From assembly GCA_036338595.1 (NCBI GenBank), contig JAYZBV010000073.1, positions 14,635-78,634 of the forward strand: a stretch of DNA of 64,000 nt. The letters are read 5' to 3'. The notes under the pieces are model-generated. The model was not told where the DNA came from. It saw nothing but the letters and a program-made list of their open reading frames with translations, and did no database searches. Origin of the DNA: Planctomycetota bacterium. GTDB taxonomy: Bacteria; Planctomycetota; UBA8108; UBA1146. How positions within the stretch are numbered: position 1 is the first letter of the stretch; each line of letters starts with the position of its first letter. The position numbers and the translations under genes are program-made. Of this stretch, positions 10,442-19,351 are shown in pieces.

Positions 10442-11613
10442 ACGAAGACCCTGCACCTATAGCACCAGAATGCCACGACGAATCGAATCCAGAGGATCCT
10501 CCCTCTATCGGGAGACTCCATCGCTGGCTCGTTCTTGTTCTACTGATGTGGTTTGCAACGATGCAGATCGCTGAAGCATCATCACCTGAACCCCATCCAA
10601 CTGACGATACAAAAAGCGGTTCAAGTTCCAGTGCCGTGACACTAGGGGTTCCCCACGACTCTCGCAGTGAACTCGCCATCCGTCGCGGCATCTCGCTGCT
10701 GGTGAAGCGTCAAAATGGCGTTGGCGCATTCTCCAGTTCCTATCCGTTGGCGGTCACATCGCTAGGTGGAATGGCTCTGCTCGGCGGTGGAACAGAGTTC
10801 GGGGTGGGGAAAGAGGGAGAAGCGCTGGAACGAGCAGTCGATTACCTGACTGCCGCCGTGCGTGCAGATGAGCGCGGGTATTTGCAGGATCGTGGTGCGA
10901 CCAGATCGCGGATGCATGGCCATTCCTACGCCATCCTGTTTCTTTCGCAGGTGACAGGGCAACTTCCAACACCTCAGCGAGAGCGCCGGCTTCGAGGGGT
11001 CATCCGTTCAGGAGTGGATCTGATGCTCTCCTGTCAGACCCAGCGAGGCGGATGGGGTTATGAACCGGACGATCCGCTCGACGAGGCTTCACTGACGGTC
11101 TGTTGCCTGCAGGCGTTACGAGCAGCAAAGGAAGCGGGGATTGCCGTTCCAGTCGATCCGATCGCACGAGCGATGAAGTATCTCAAGGAGTGTTGTTCAG
11201 AGGATGGTTCATTTCGGTACTCGCTTACTCGAGGAACTACCAGGACCTCTTTCGAGATGACTGCCGCTGCGTTGTCGACGATGGATGCCGCTGGCGAGTT
11301 TGAACTGGATGAGAGAAAGCGTGGACTCGCATTTCTTCGGCGATCAATTGAGAGCGCCGGTCGTAGCAAGAAGGGCGCATTCCAGGCGGCAAGGAATTTT
11401 CCCTTCTACGGCAACTTCTACACCGGTCAGGTGCTCCAACAATCTCGTGGAGCGACATGGGATCGTTGGACCCGATCGGTATGGCCACGGCTGCTCGAAC
11501 TTCAAAAAGCAGACGGGGCCTGGGAAAGCCGTTTTGGAGATGAGTATGGCACGGCGATGGCGCTGCTGATCCTGGAACTTCCCCTGGGATACTTGCCGCT
11601 TTACGACCGCTGA
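10438..11613 (+). CDS. Second prenyltransferase/squalene-oxidase-repeat exported protein (paralog of 3266-4366)
   Basis: QNGVGAF, QTQRGGW, QKADGAW repeats; RMHGHSYAIL; ends LPLYDR. The start may lie downstream. Confidence 0.8.
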   Translation: MNEDPAPIAPECHDESNPEDPPSIGRLHRWLVLVLLMWFATMQIAEASSPEPHPTDDTKSGSSSSAVTLGVPHDSRSELAIRRGISLLVKRQNGVGAFSSSYPLAVTSLGGMALLGGGTEFGVGKEGEALERAVDYLTAAVRADERGYLQDRGATRSRMHGHSYAILFLSQVTGQLPTPQRERRLRGVIRSGVDLMLSCQTQRGGWGYEPDDPLDEASLTVCCLQALRAAKEAGIAVPVDPIARAMKYLKECCSEDGSFRYSLTRGTTRTSFEMTAAALSTMDAAGEFELDERKRGLAFLRRSIESAGRSKKGAFQAARNFPFYGNFYTGQVLQQSRGATWDRWTRSVWPRLLELQKADGAWESRFGDEYGTAMALLILELPLGYLPLYDR

Positions 11614-11715
11614 TGGGCAGCAGGATTCAGTTTGATAGCTGTAAGCCGGAAACAATGAAAGCAATGATGGAGATGATGAAGAGATGGGATCACGAGTTCG
11701 AGCGAGACAGGCATA

Positions 11716-13020
11716 TTGATGTTGCCTGACCCGGAGATACTGATCCCGACCACCTGGATTGCACTCGCACTGGCGATGTTAGCCTCGCTGGTGAGGCGGT
11801 GTTTCCGAACCACATCGACGGGTGAATATCACGAGTTTTTTCAGGATCAGCAGGAATCCGACGAGCCGGAGCGAATCCATCGCATCGATGTGATGCTGGT
11901 GATGGTCTTGCTGCTGTTCCGGGGGACCTGGATCTCAGCTCTGGCGATGACTCGCGCTCAGGGTGTTGCCTGGTACCTCCCTGGAGATGGTGCCAATTTC
12001 TTGCACCAGTGGTGGCCGCTTTGGCTTGCGATTGAGGTCGTATTTTTGGGCCTCGTCGTGCTCGAACTGATTCCCGAAGCGATCACCATCTGGATTGGCG
12101 ATAAGATCGCAGTCGCACTGCTTCCTGTACTCGTTGCCTTCGAAAAGTTGATCTCTCCCCTGACAGCGACCTTTCGAGGGACTCGCCGTGGTCTGCTCCG
12201 TTTGATCGGCGGCAGAGCAGATCGTAGCGATCAGGATCTTGCAGAGGCGGGTATCCGCGCAGCAGTGGAACTGGGTGAGCGCGAGGGACTGCTCGAAAAG
12301 GGCGAAAAGACGATGATCGAGTCAGTTCTGGAGTTTCGCGACTCGGATGTGATCGAGGTGATGACCCCCCGGACCGACATGGTCTGCCTGGAGGCATCTG
12401 ACACCATCGAGCAGGCGATTCCGAAGGCGATCGCCTGTGGGCACTCCCGAATACCGATCTACCGCAAGAATTTTGATGACATCATCGGGGTTCTGTATGT
12501 CAAGGACATGCTGCGTCATGCAGCGGATGACGGTCTCAGATCGATGGCGATCGAAAAGGTGGTTCGAAAGATTCACTTTGTACCTGAAACAAAGAAACTA
12601 CAGGAGTTGCTAGGAGAGTTCAGGGCAGAGAGATTCCACATAGCAGTGGTGCTGGATGAGTATGGTGGCACTTCTGGCCTGGTCACGATCGAGGATATCA
12701 TCGAGGAGATCGTCGGAGAGATCGAAGATGAGTATGATACCGCTGGTCGCGATCAGATCCGACGTGTCGATGAAGTCACCTGGGACCTTGACGGTCGCAC
12801 CAGCATTCTTGAGGTCAACAGATCGTTGGACGCCCGGATACCGGAGAGCGATGATTACGAAACAGTGGCCGGATTCCTCTTTTCTGCCCTGGGACATGTT
12901 CCAAGGGAAGGGGAAGAACTGGGAACCCAGAGGGTTCTGTTCAAGGTTACGAGAGCCGACGACAGGAAGATCAAGCGTGTCCGTGCCCTGGTTCACAAGG
13001 TTCACAGGAACGGTTCGTAG
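11716..13020 (+). CDS. HlyC/CorC (hemolysin-family) CBS-domain membrane protein, Mg2+/Co2+ transport related
   Basis: N-terminal TM helices; VMTPRTDM, HSRIPIY, VLDEYGGTSGLVTIEDIIEEIVGEIEDE; CorC C-terminal domain (YETVAG). Confidence 0.9.
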   Translation: MMLPDPEILIPTTWIALALAMLASLVRRCFRTTSTGEYHEFFQDQQESDEPERIHRIDVMLVMVLLLFRGTWISALAMTRAQGVAWYLPGDGANFLHQWWPLWLAIEVVFLGLVVLELIPEAITIWIGDKIAVALLPVLVAFEKLISPLTATFRGTRRGLLRLIGGRADRSDQDLAEAGIRAAVELGEREGLLEKGEKTMIESVLEFRDSDVIEVMTPRTDMVCLEASDTIEQAIPKAIACGHSRIPIYRKNFDDIIGVLYVKDMLRHAADDGLRSMAIEKVVRKIHFVPETKKLQELLGEFRAERFHIAVVLDEYGGTSGLVTIEDIIEEIVGEIEDEYDTAGRDQIRRVDEVTWDLDGRTSILEVNRSLDARIPESDDYETVAGFLFSALGHVPREGEELGTQRVLFKVTRADDRKIKRVRALVHKVHRNGS

Positions 13021-13764
13021 ATGAAGGGGGCCTTCCGGACTCGGGGCCTTGTTCTCCACTGCACTGATTTTTCCGAGACTTCCCAGATCGTCAGGGTTTT
13101 CACCAGGGACCACGGCATCATCGATGTTCTGGCGAAGGGATCCCGGAGGCCGGCTCGAGCTTCGTCCTCATTCCCGGCCCCCTTCGATCTGGCTGGCTGG
13201 TATGACCTCAACTTCCGCATCCGGTCCACCCAGTTGCATCTGGCCACCGAAGCTCGGCTCGTCGAGGGATTTGATCACCTGCGAGGAAACATCGATGTCT
13301 GGCTCGATGCTGTATTTGCCCTCGATCTTCTTCGTACTCTGTTCAGCCCCGGCGATCCTCATCCAGAACTGTTGAAGGAATCGCTACAGTACCTGAAACT
13401 GCTCGGCCATGGCCTCGGCCGCAGACGCCTGAGAAACCACTATCTGCAATCCTTGCTCGGTGCCAGCGGGGTATTACCGGACTGGAGCCGCTGTATCGAG
13501 TGCGAGGCAGTGATCGAGAGCGCTGCGGAGGTCATCATTCCCTCCGGACTGGTCTGCCCTGGCTGCTCCAGTTCTCCGTCGCTGCATCGAGTCGATGCCA
13601 CTACCAGGAACTACCTTGCCTGTGATGGGGCGAGAGAATGGGGTCTGGTGCCCTCCTGGGAGGTTCCACCGGAAGAAGTGCAGGCCGGTTGGGATCTGCT
13701 CAGATCGCTTCTCTTGCATCACTTGGAGCGCCCGCCCAGGTCGCTAAGATACCTGCGCGTCTGA
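13021..13764 (+). CDS. recO: DNA repair protein RecO
   Basis: GLVLHCTDFSETSQIVRVFTRDHG...AKGSRR OB-fold; CxxC...CxxC zinc motif (CIEC, CPGC). Confidence 0.88.
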   Translation: MKGAFRTRGLVLHCTDFSETSQIVRVFTRDHGIIDVLAKGSRRPARASSSFPAPFDLAGWYDLNFRIRSTQLHLATEARLVEGFDHLRGNIDVWLDAVFALDLLRTLFSPGDPHPELLKESLQYLKLLGHGLGRRRLRNHYLQSLLGASGVLPDWSRCIECEAVIESAAEVIIPSGLVCPGCSSSPSLHRVDATTRNYLACDGAREWGLVPSWEVPPEEVQAGWDLLRSLLLHHLERPPRSLRYLRV

Positions 13765-13806
13765 TGGCTCCCCGGAAGGGGGGTCAGAGTGGGAAGGGAG
13801 ATCGCT

Positions 13807-14715
13807 GTGAACAGTACTCTGGCTTTGCTGATCCTGGTGACATCGTTCCAGCAGGCAGACCCACTTCCCGAAATGTTGATCCAGGCCAGCGACTCCCTGG
13901 AACAGGGTCTCTATCCGGAAGCGGTGGCTCTGTATGAGGATGCCATCGAGCTGGTGCTCTACGGAGATGACCAGGAACGCGCACCGGGTCCACTGCTAGC
14001 AAGACTTCGCCTGGGTCTGGCAGAGGGACTTCGAGCGATGAGAAATAACGATGATGCACTGCGAGTCACTGAAGACATCTTCGATTCGGATCCAGGTCCT
14101 GAAACGCTAGATCGTGCGCTGGAGATCCGATACGAGATTGGGCTGTCGTACCTCAGCGGGGCGACAAGGAGGCTGCTCGGGCTCGAGGTCAATGCTGAAA
14201 GAAAGGGTCTTGCAGTACTCAGTGATCTGGTTCAGCGCTATCCATTCCAGCCGTTCAGCGATGACGCCATCTTTCACTGCGCCAACTGGTACCTGAGAAA
14301 CAATTTGCCAGAGGATGCGGAAAGATATTTTGAGCGGTTACTCAGGGAGTATCCCGAGAGCAGTTGGTCCTCTGCGACCCAGATCCTTGCCGGTGATGCT
14401 GTGCTTGCGCAACTCAAGGGGGTCGAATACGACATGGGACCGCTGGCAGTTGCTGAGCGACATTACCGTCGCTACCTGCGCTTGTTCCCCGACCATGGGG
14501 AATCTCAGCGAGCGAGAAATGCTCTCGAGCAGATCGATTTGATGCGTGCACAGCGTCGGCTGCTGATCGCTCAGTTCTACATTCGCATCGAGAAGCACAA
14601 CTCTGCCAGAATCTATCTGGAGAAGGTCATACTTGCTGTTCCAGCGAGTGACACCGCTGCCGAGGCGGCTCGTCTTCTCGAAAGCCTTCCTCCGGTTCCC
14701 GCAGAGGAGAAATGA
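13807..14715 (+). CDS. BamD-like TPR protein (outer-membrane assembly factor type)
   Basis: TPR pattern with YPFQPFSDDA, YPESSW, 'GVEYD', 'IAQFY...ARIY'; lies between recO and lptE. No lipobox Cys. Start GTG 13807 or 13789. Confidence 0.65.
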   Translation: MNSTLALLILVTSFQQADPLPEMLIQASDSLEQGLYPEAVALYEDAIELVLYGDDQERAPGPLLARLRLGLAEGLRAMRNNDDALRVTEDIFDSDPGPETLDRALEIRYEIGLSYLSGATRRLLGLEVNAERKGLAVLSDLVQRYPFQPFSDDAIFHCANWYLRNNLPEDAERYFERLLREYPESSWSSATQILAGDAVLAQLKGVEYDMGPLAVAERHYRRYLRLFPDHGESQRARNALEQIDLMRAQRRLLIAQFYIRIEKHNSARIYLEKVILAVPASDTAAEAARLLESLPPVPAEEK

Positions 14716-15230
14716 TGCGATTCTCCGCCTTCATGCTAGTGCTGGTACTTCTGGTCGGCTGTGGATACACACCCGGGTATCGCCTGCCGAGAGGTGTCCA
14801 GAGCATTTCAGTTCCTGTATTTCGCAACGAGACGATCCCCTTCCGGAGGGACATCGAGTTCGAACTCACGAGAGCGGTCAAGCGAGAATTTCAGCTTCGT
14901 ACAGAGGTTGATCTGGTCGCGGAAGAGCATGCCGATGCGATCCTGAGGGGTACCGTGATCCAGTTTCGAGAGGGAGTGCTGGTCGAGAGTGCTGACGGCT
15001 CCATCCAGGAGCAGGGAATCGGGGTCAAGGTCGGGATGCGTCTCGAGCGGGTGAGAGATCAGCGCGTGCTACTGGAGCGAGTGGTCGAGGATCTGGTGTC
15101 CTATTCGGTACCGGCAGGAGAGTCGATCGAGACCGCGGTCAGTGAGACGGTCCGAGAGATCGCCCGCAGGATCATTGCAGAGATGGAACCCTGGTACGAC
15201 GAGAGCCGCAGTTCGGGCCGGGCCAACTGA
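14712..15230 (+). CDS. lptE: LPS-assembly lipoprotein LptE-like
   Basis: Lipobox LLVG-C-GY; SISVPVFRNET; ADAILRGTV. Confidence 0.75.
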   Translation: MMRFSAFMLVLVLLVGCGYTPGYRLPRGVQSISVPVFRNETIPFRRDIEFELTRAVKREFQLRTEVDLVAEEHADAILRGTVIQFREGVLVESADGSIQEQGIGVKVGMRLERVRDQRVLLERVVEDLVSYSVPAGESIETAVSETVREIARRIIAEMEPWYDESRSSGRAN

Positions 15231-15252
15231 TCAGAAGGAGAGGAACAACTCC

Positions 15253-16071
15253 GTGACACCCAAGGTACTCGGCATCCTGAATGTCACGCCTGACTCCTTC
15301 AGTGATGGGGGGCGATTCAGAAGCGTCGACGATGCGAGGTTGCGGGTGATGGAGATGGTCCGCCAAGGGGCAGATGCGATCGATGTCGGTGGCGAATCAA
15401 CAAGGCCCGGATCGTTGGAAATATCGATCGATGAAGAACTTGAGCGAGTCATCCCTGTCCTCGAGGCGATCAGTGGTGAAATTGAAATACCCATCAGCAT
15501 CGACACCCGGAGGGCCGAGGTGGTTCGAGAGGCCCTCTCTCATGGGGTCTCGATCGTCAACGACACTTCCGCCTTGCAAGACGATGCAGAATTGAGTCGA
15601 GTGATCGCCCAGCATCAGTTGACCGTGATTCTGATGCATCGGAAGGGGTCGCCGGATTCGATGCAGAGCGATCCGGTATATGAAGATGTGCTGGCCGAGA
15701 TTCACTGCTTTCTCGGGGATCGGATCGAGTTTGCAGTTGCTGCGGGGATTGCCCGCGATCGAATTGTGGTCGATCCTGGCCTCGGGTTTGGCAAGCGAGT
15801 CGCAGACAACTACGAAATTGCCAGGGGTATCGAGTTTTTCCGTTCCCTTTCTGTTCCACTACTGCTGGGAGCTTCGAGGAAGTCCTTCACGGGAGTGTTT
15901 GACGACTCTCCACCAGAACAGCGCTTGCCCGCTTCGCTGGCATTTGTCGCCAGGGCGCGGGAACTCGCAGTGGAATGGGTGCGCGTACATGATGTTGCGG
16001 AAACGGTGACATTCTTGAGAGCGATGGCTGCCATCGATGATCCTCTACTCGTCGGGGAGGGGTCCAGTTGA
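15253..16071 (+). CDS. folP: Dihydropteroate synthase
   Basis: GILNVTPDSFSDGG, DVGGESTRPG, DPGLGFGK, SRKSF, RVHDV. GTG start after AGGAGAGG. Confidence 0.97.
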   Translation: MTPKVLGILNVTPDSFSDGGRFRSVDDARLRVMEMVRQGADAIDVGGESTRPGSLEISIDEELERVIPVLEAISGEIEIPISIDTRRAEVVREALSHGVSIVNDTSALQDDAELSRVIAQHQLTVILMHRKGSPDSMQSDPVYEDVLAEIHCFLGDRIEFAVAAGIARDRIVVDPGLGFGKRVADNYEIARGIEFFRSLSVPLLLGASRKSFTGVFDDSPPEQRLPASLAFVARARELAVEWVRVHDVAETVTFLRAMAAIDDPLLVGEGSS

Positions 16072-16919
16072 ACGAATTCGAGGCGATCTGGACCGCCGTC
16101 GAGGCGATCGGACCCCTGCGCGTCATCTTCGAGGTGACCGTCATCTACCTTCTGATCTACGGCTTCATCATCTTCTGCGAGGGCACCCGGGGTGCGGGTG
16201 TGCTGAAGGGTCTGGTATTGACGGTGATCATCACCGTCGCGGCGACAAGGCTGGGCGTTGAAGTCCTCGATCTGGAACGGATTGGCTTCCTGCTGTCGGT
16301 CGTGACTCCTGTGGCATTCTTCGCCATCATAGTGATCCTTCAGCCTGAATTGCGGCGGGGACTGGTCAGGCTGAGCCAGGCGCCCATCTTCGGAGAACTT
16401 ATCAGGGATGAGCAGGAACTCGTGGTGGTCGTGGTTCGAGCCTGCGTTTCACTGTCAAAAACGAGGGTGGGGGCGCTCTTTGCCATCGAGAGGGATCAGT
16501 CCCTCAATCCATGGGTCGACCGCGGTACAATTCTTGATGCGGAAGTCTCGTCCGAGATCCTCACGACGATCTTTTATCCTGGTACTTCACTTCACGACGG
16601 TGCGGTCGTGATCCAGAAGGGCAGGATCGCTGCGGCTGGTTGTCTCCTCCCTCTTTCGGAAAATGAGCAACTGGGATCCTGGGCGGGCACTCGTCACAGG
16701 GCTGCCGTGGGGCTCACCGAGGAATCCGATGCGGTGACGGTTGTGGTCAGTGAGGAAACCGGTTTGATTTCGCTGTGTGTACGCGGAGAGGTGTTCAGGG
16801 ATCTGGATAGAGAAGAACTCGCACACAAGTTACGTAGTTACTACACAAAAACAGATGAAGCCGCCCAGCAGCAGAAGCCTGACGAAGAAAAGCCGAGCAG
16901 CGATGGGGAGGCAGCATGA
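16068..16919 (+). CDS. cdaA: Membrane-bound diadenylate cyclase CdaA (DacA)
   Basis: Three TM helices, QPELRRGL, catalytic LHDGAV and GTRHRAA, VSEETG. Confidence 0.93.
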   Translation: MNEFEAIWTAVEAIGPLRVIFEVTVIYLLIYGFIIFCEGTRGAGVLKGLVLTVIITVAATRLGVEVLDLERIGFLLSVVTPVAFFAIIVILQPELRRGLVRLSQAPIFGELIRDEQELVVVVVRACVSLSKTRVGALFAIERDQSLNPWVDRGTILDAEVSSEILTTIFYPGTSLHDGAVVIQKGRIAAAGCLLPLSENEQLGSWAGTRHRAAVGLTEESDAVTVVVSEETGLISLCVRGEVFRDLDREELAHKLRSYYTKTDEAAQQQKPDEEKPSSDGEAA

Positions 16920-17980
16920 AGGCCTCATGGAGGGTCCGGGTCATCGAGATCCTGATCGGGAACACCCGCAACAAGTTGACCAGCCTTGTTCTGGCAGTGG
17001 TCGTGTGGGCGTTTGCCTTCGGAAACACTGGGCACGAGGAGATCTTTGATGCGACCCTGCTCGTCGAGGCGGCTGCAGAGACTCATGTCGTGGTCTCACA
17101 GGATATCCCACAGTCGGGAGTGGGCAGTAAGATCGGGAAAAAATTCGAGGGGGATTGCAAGGTAACCCTGACCGGCACTCGAGCTGTTCTGACCCGGTTT
17201 CTCGAATCAAATCCAGAGCCCAAAGGGGAGCTGAAGGTCGAAAGATCTGGACGCTTTGATCTGAGGGAGGATGGGATCTTTACTCTCCCGGCGGGGTTGT
17301 CGGTCCAGTCCGTCGAGCCCTCAGTGCTTCAAATTGTCGTGGAGCAGGTGGTGAGAGCGGAGAGAGATGTACGTGCGTCGGTCAGCGGAACTCCGGGCCC
17401 GGGGTTCGTGAGTTTTCCGGGGGGGATCAAGGCGGATCCTGCAACGGTGACGATCGAAGGCCCAGAATCGTTGCTAGGTGACGATACCGTGGGCGTCTTG
17501 ACCGAGGCGATCGATATCGAAGGAATGGCCACCTCTCAGCGGGAGTTGACAGTCCCACTGGTGATCACAGGGGATGATACGGGGCTGGTTACCATTGCCC
17601 CTGGTTTCCCAGAGGAAGCAGTGGTTCGGATCGAACTTCAGCAGAATCTGATGCAGGTGCAAGCTGAAGTGTCCGTCCGCTACATAGTGGACGAGGATGT
17701 CGATCTGGATATCCGAGGCGATCGCAGCATCAAGGTCAACGTCTCGGGTGTCGAAGAAGCGGTGAAGGAGTGGCAGAAAAGTGTCGAGCAGGGCAACTTC
17801 TATCTGCTCGTGAAGGTGTCCGATACCGGTGGCGAGAGCCGGAATGTCTCTGAAGAGGATGTTCGCTGGATCGACGGGAGCCTCCCAGCAGGAATCTCGA
17901 GAGATCAGGTGAAACTGGAACGGATCATTCTCTACAGCGCAAAACCTCATGATGCGCCGGGAGAGGATCAACAGAAGTGA
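16916..17980 (+). CDS. cdaR: CdaR/YbbR-like regulator of diadenylate cyclase
   Basis: N-terminal 'KLTSLVLAVVVW' anchor; YbbR-like beta repeats (VEPSVLQIVVE, ADPATVTIEGPES); lies between cdaA and glmM. Confidence 0.75.
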   Translation: MKASWRVRVIEILIGNTRNKLTSLVLAVVVWAFAFGNTGHEEIFDATLLVEAAAETHVVVSQDIPQSGVGSKIGKKFEGDCKVTLTGTRAVLTRFLESNPEPKGELKVERSGRFDLREDGIFTLPAGLSVQSVEPSVLQIVVEQVVRAERDVRASVSGTPGPGFVSFPGGIKADPATVTIEGPESLLGDDTVGVLTEAIDIEGMATSQRELTVPLVITGDDTGLVTIAPGFPEEAVVRIELQQNLMQVQAEVSVRYIVDEDVDLDIRGDRSIKVNVSGVEEAVKEWQKSVEQGNFYLLVKVSDTGGESRNVSEEDVRWIDGSLPAGISRDQVKLERIILYSAKPHDAPGEDQQK

Positions 17981-19329
17981 TCTTTGGAACCGACGGAGTA
18001 CGGGACATCCCGGGTACGGGGCTGTTGACCCCCGATTCCATCGATCGAATCGGGCAAGCGGTCGTCGCTCATCTCGCTCGCGAAGGTGCACCTGGTGGAA
18101 GTGTTCTGGTTGCCAGAGATACGAGAGTTACCGGTGGCGAGATCGAGAGCCTGCTGGCAGGAGCCCTCAGACGCTGTGGATGTACGACGATCCATGCGGG
18201 AGTGCTGCCCACGCCTGCGGTCTCATTGCTGTTGATGGATGGGGTGGCAGATCTGGGACTCGTGATCTCAGCATCTCATAACCCACCCGAATTTAACGGT
18301 ATCAAGATCCTTGATTCCTCGGGGGCGAAACTGGCGGAGGATCAGGAACAATCCATCTCGGAAAATTACGATCACCTCGAAGGGCAGCCCGAATCCGAGC
18401 AGCAGATGGAGGTGGTCGAGGACCTGGGCGTTCAATATCTCGACAGGCTGCTCTCATCCTTTCCGAAGGGCCCCTTCCTCGCTGGCCTGAAGGTGGTGCT
18501 CGATTGCGCACGTGGTGCTGCTTGCCACTGGGGCCCTGAAGCATTTCGTCGCGCAGGTGCAGATGTGACCGTGGTTCACGGCGAGCCTGACGGCGCGAGG
18601 ATCAATGTGGGGTGCGGGTCGCTGCATCCAGAGTTTCTGGGCGACGAGGTCAAACGAACCAACTCGGTGCTCGGAATCGCATTCGATGGAGATGCCGATC
18701 GCGCTCTCTTCTCGGATGAAACGGGTCAATATGTGGACGGGGATGATGTGATCGTCATCTGGGCACGATCTCTCCTGGAACAAGGTCTGCTGGACCCATC
18801 ACTGGTAGCGTTGACCGTCATGTCAAACGTTGGTGTCGAGGATTGCTTGAGAAGGCACGGGATCGAGGTGGTGCGTACGGGGGTAGGAGATCGAGCCGTT
18901 GCCGATGCACTCAGGGAGTCCGGTGGCGCTCTGGGTGGCGAACCATCCGGGCACATCATCCATCATAGTGAGGCGGCTACCGGAGATGGAATCAGGACAG
19001 GGTTGGCCATCGCTCGCTGTATCGTCGAATCAGGACAGCCCCTTTCTCGACTGTGTGATGGGATCACGCGTTTCCCCCAGGAACAGAAAACGCTTCGAAT
19101 CCAGGCTCGCCCACCATTCGATGATTTGCAGCACCTGTCCGAAGTGATGACGGCAGCCACAACTGCGCTCGGAAGTAGCGGCAGGATTCTGGTCAGATAC
19201 TCCGGTACGGAACCGCTGCTGCGGATCCTCGTCGAGGCGAAGAAGGAACTGGATGCGAAGTGCTGGATCGATCGAATCGAGCAGGCAGCGATGCGAGAGG
19301 GTTCACTCGGCATCACTGCCAGTGCCTGA
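17977..19329 (+). CDS. glmM: Phosphoglucosamine mutase
   Basis: FGTDGVR, SASHNP phosphoserine motif, FDGDADR, GGEPSGH, RYSGTEP. Confidence 0.93.
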   Translation: MIFGTDGVRDIPGTGLLTPDSIDRIGQAVVAHLAREGAPGGSVLVARDTRVTGGEIESLLAGALRRCGCTTIHAGVLPTPAVSLLLMDGVADLGLVISASHNPPEFNGIKILDSSGAKLAEDQEQSISENYDHLEGQPESEQQMEVVEDLGVQYLDRLLSSFPKGPFLAGLKVVLDCARGAACHWGPEAFRRAGADVTVVHGEPDGARINVGCGSLHPEFLGDEVKRTNSVLGIAFDGDADRALFSDETGQYVDGDDVIVIWARSLLEQGLLDPSLVALTVMSNVGVEDCLRRHGIEVVRTGVGDRAVADALRESGGALGGEPSGHIIHHSEAATGDGIRTGLAIARCIVESGQPLSRLCDGITRFPQEQKTLRIQARPPFDDLQHLSEVMTAATTALGSSGRILVRYSGTEPLLRILVEAKKELDAKCWIDRIEQAAMREGSLGITASA

Positions 19330-19351
19330 GGATCGCATCGGGACCTGCTCG

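Noticed and set aside
3266..11613. QW-repeat proteins as squalene-hopene cyclases
   Set aside because: Single barrel of about 370-390 aa, exported, and no DXDD motif.
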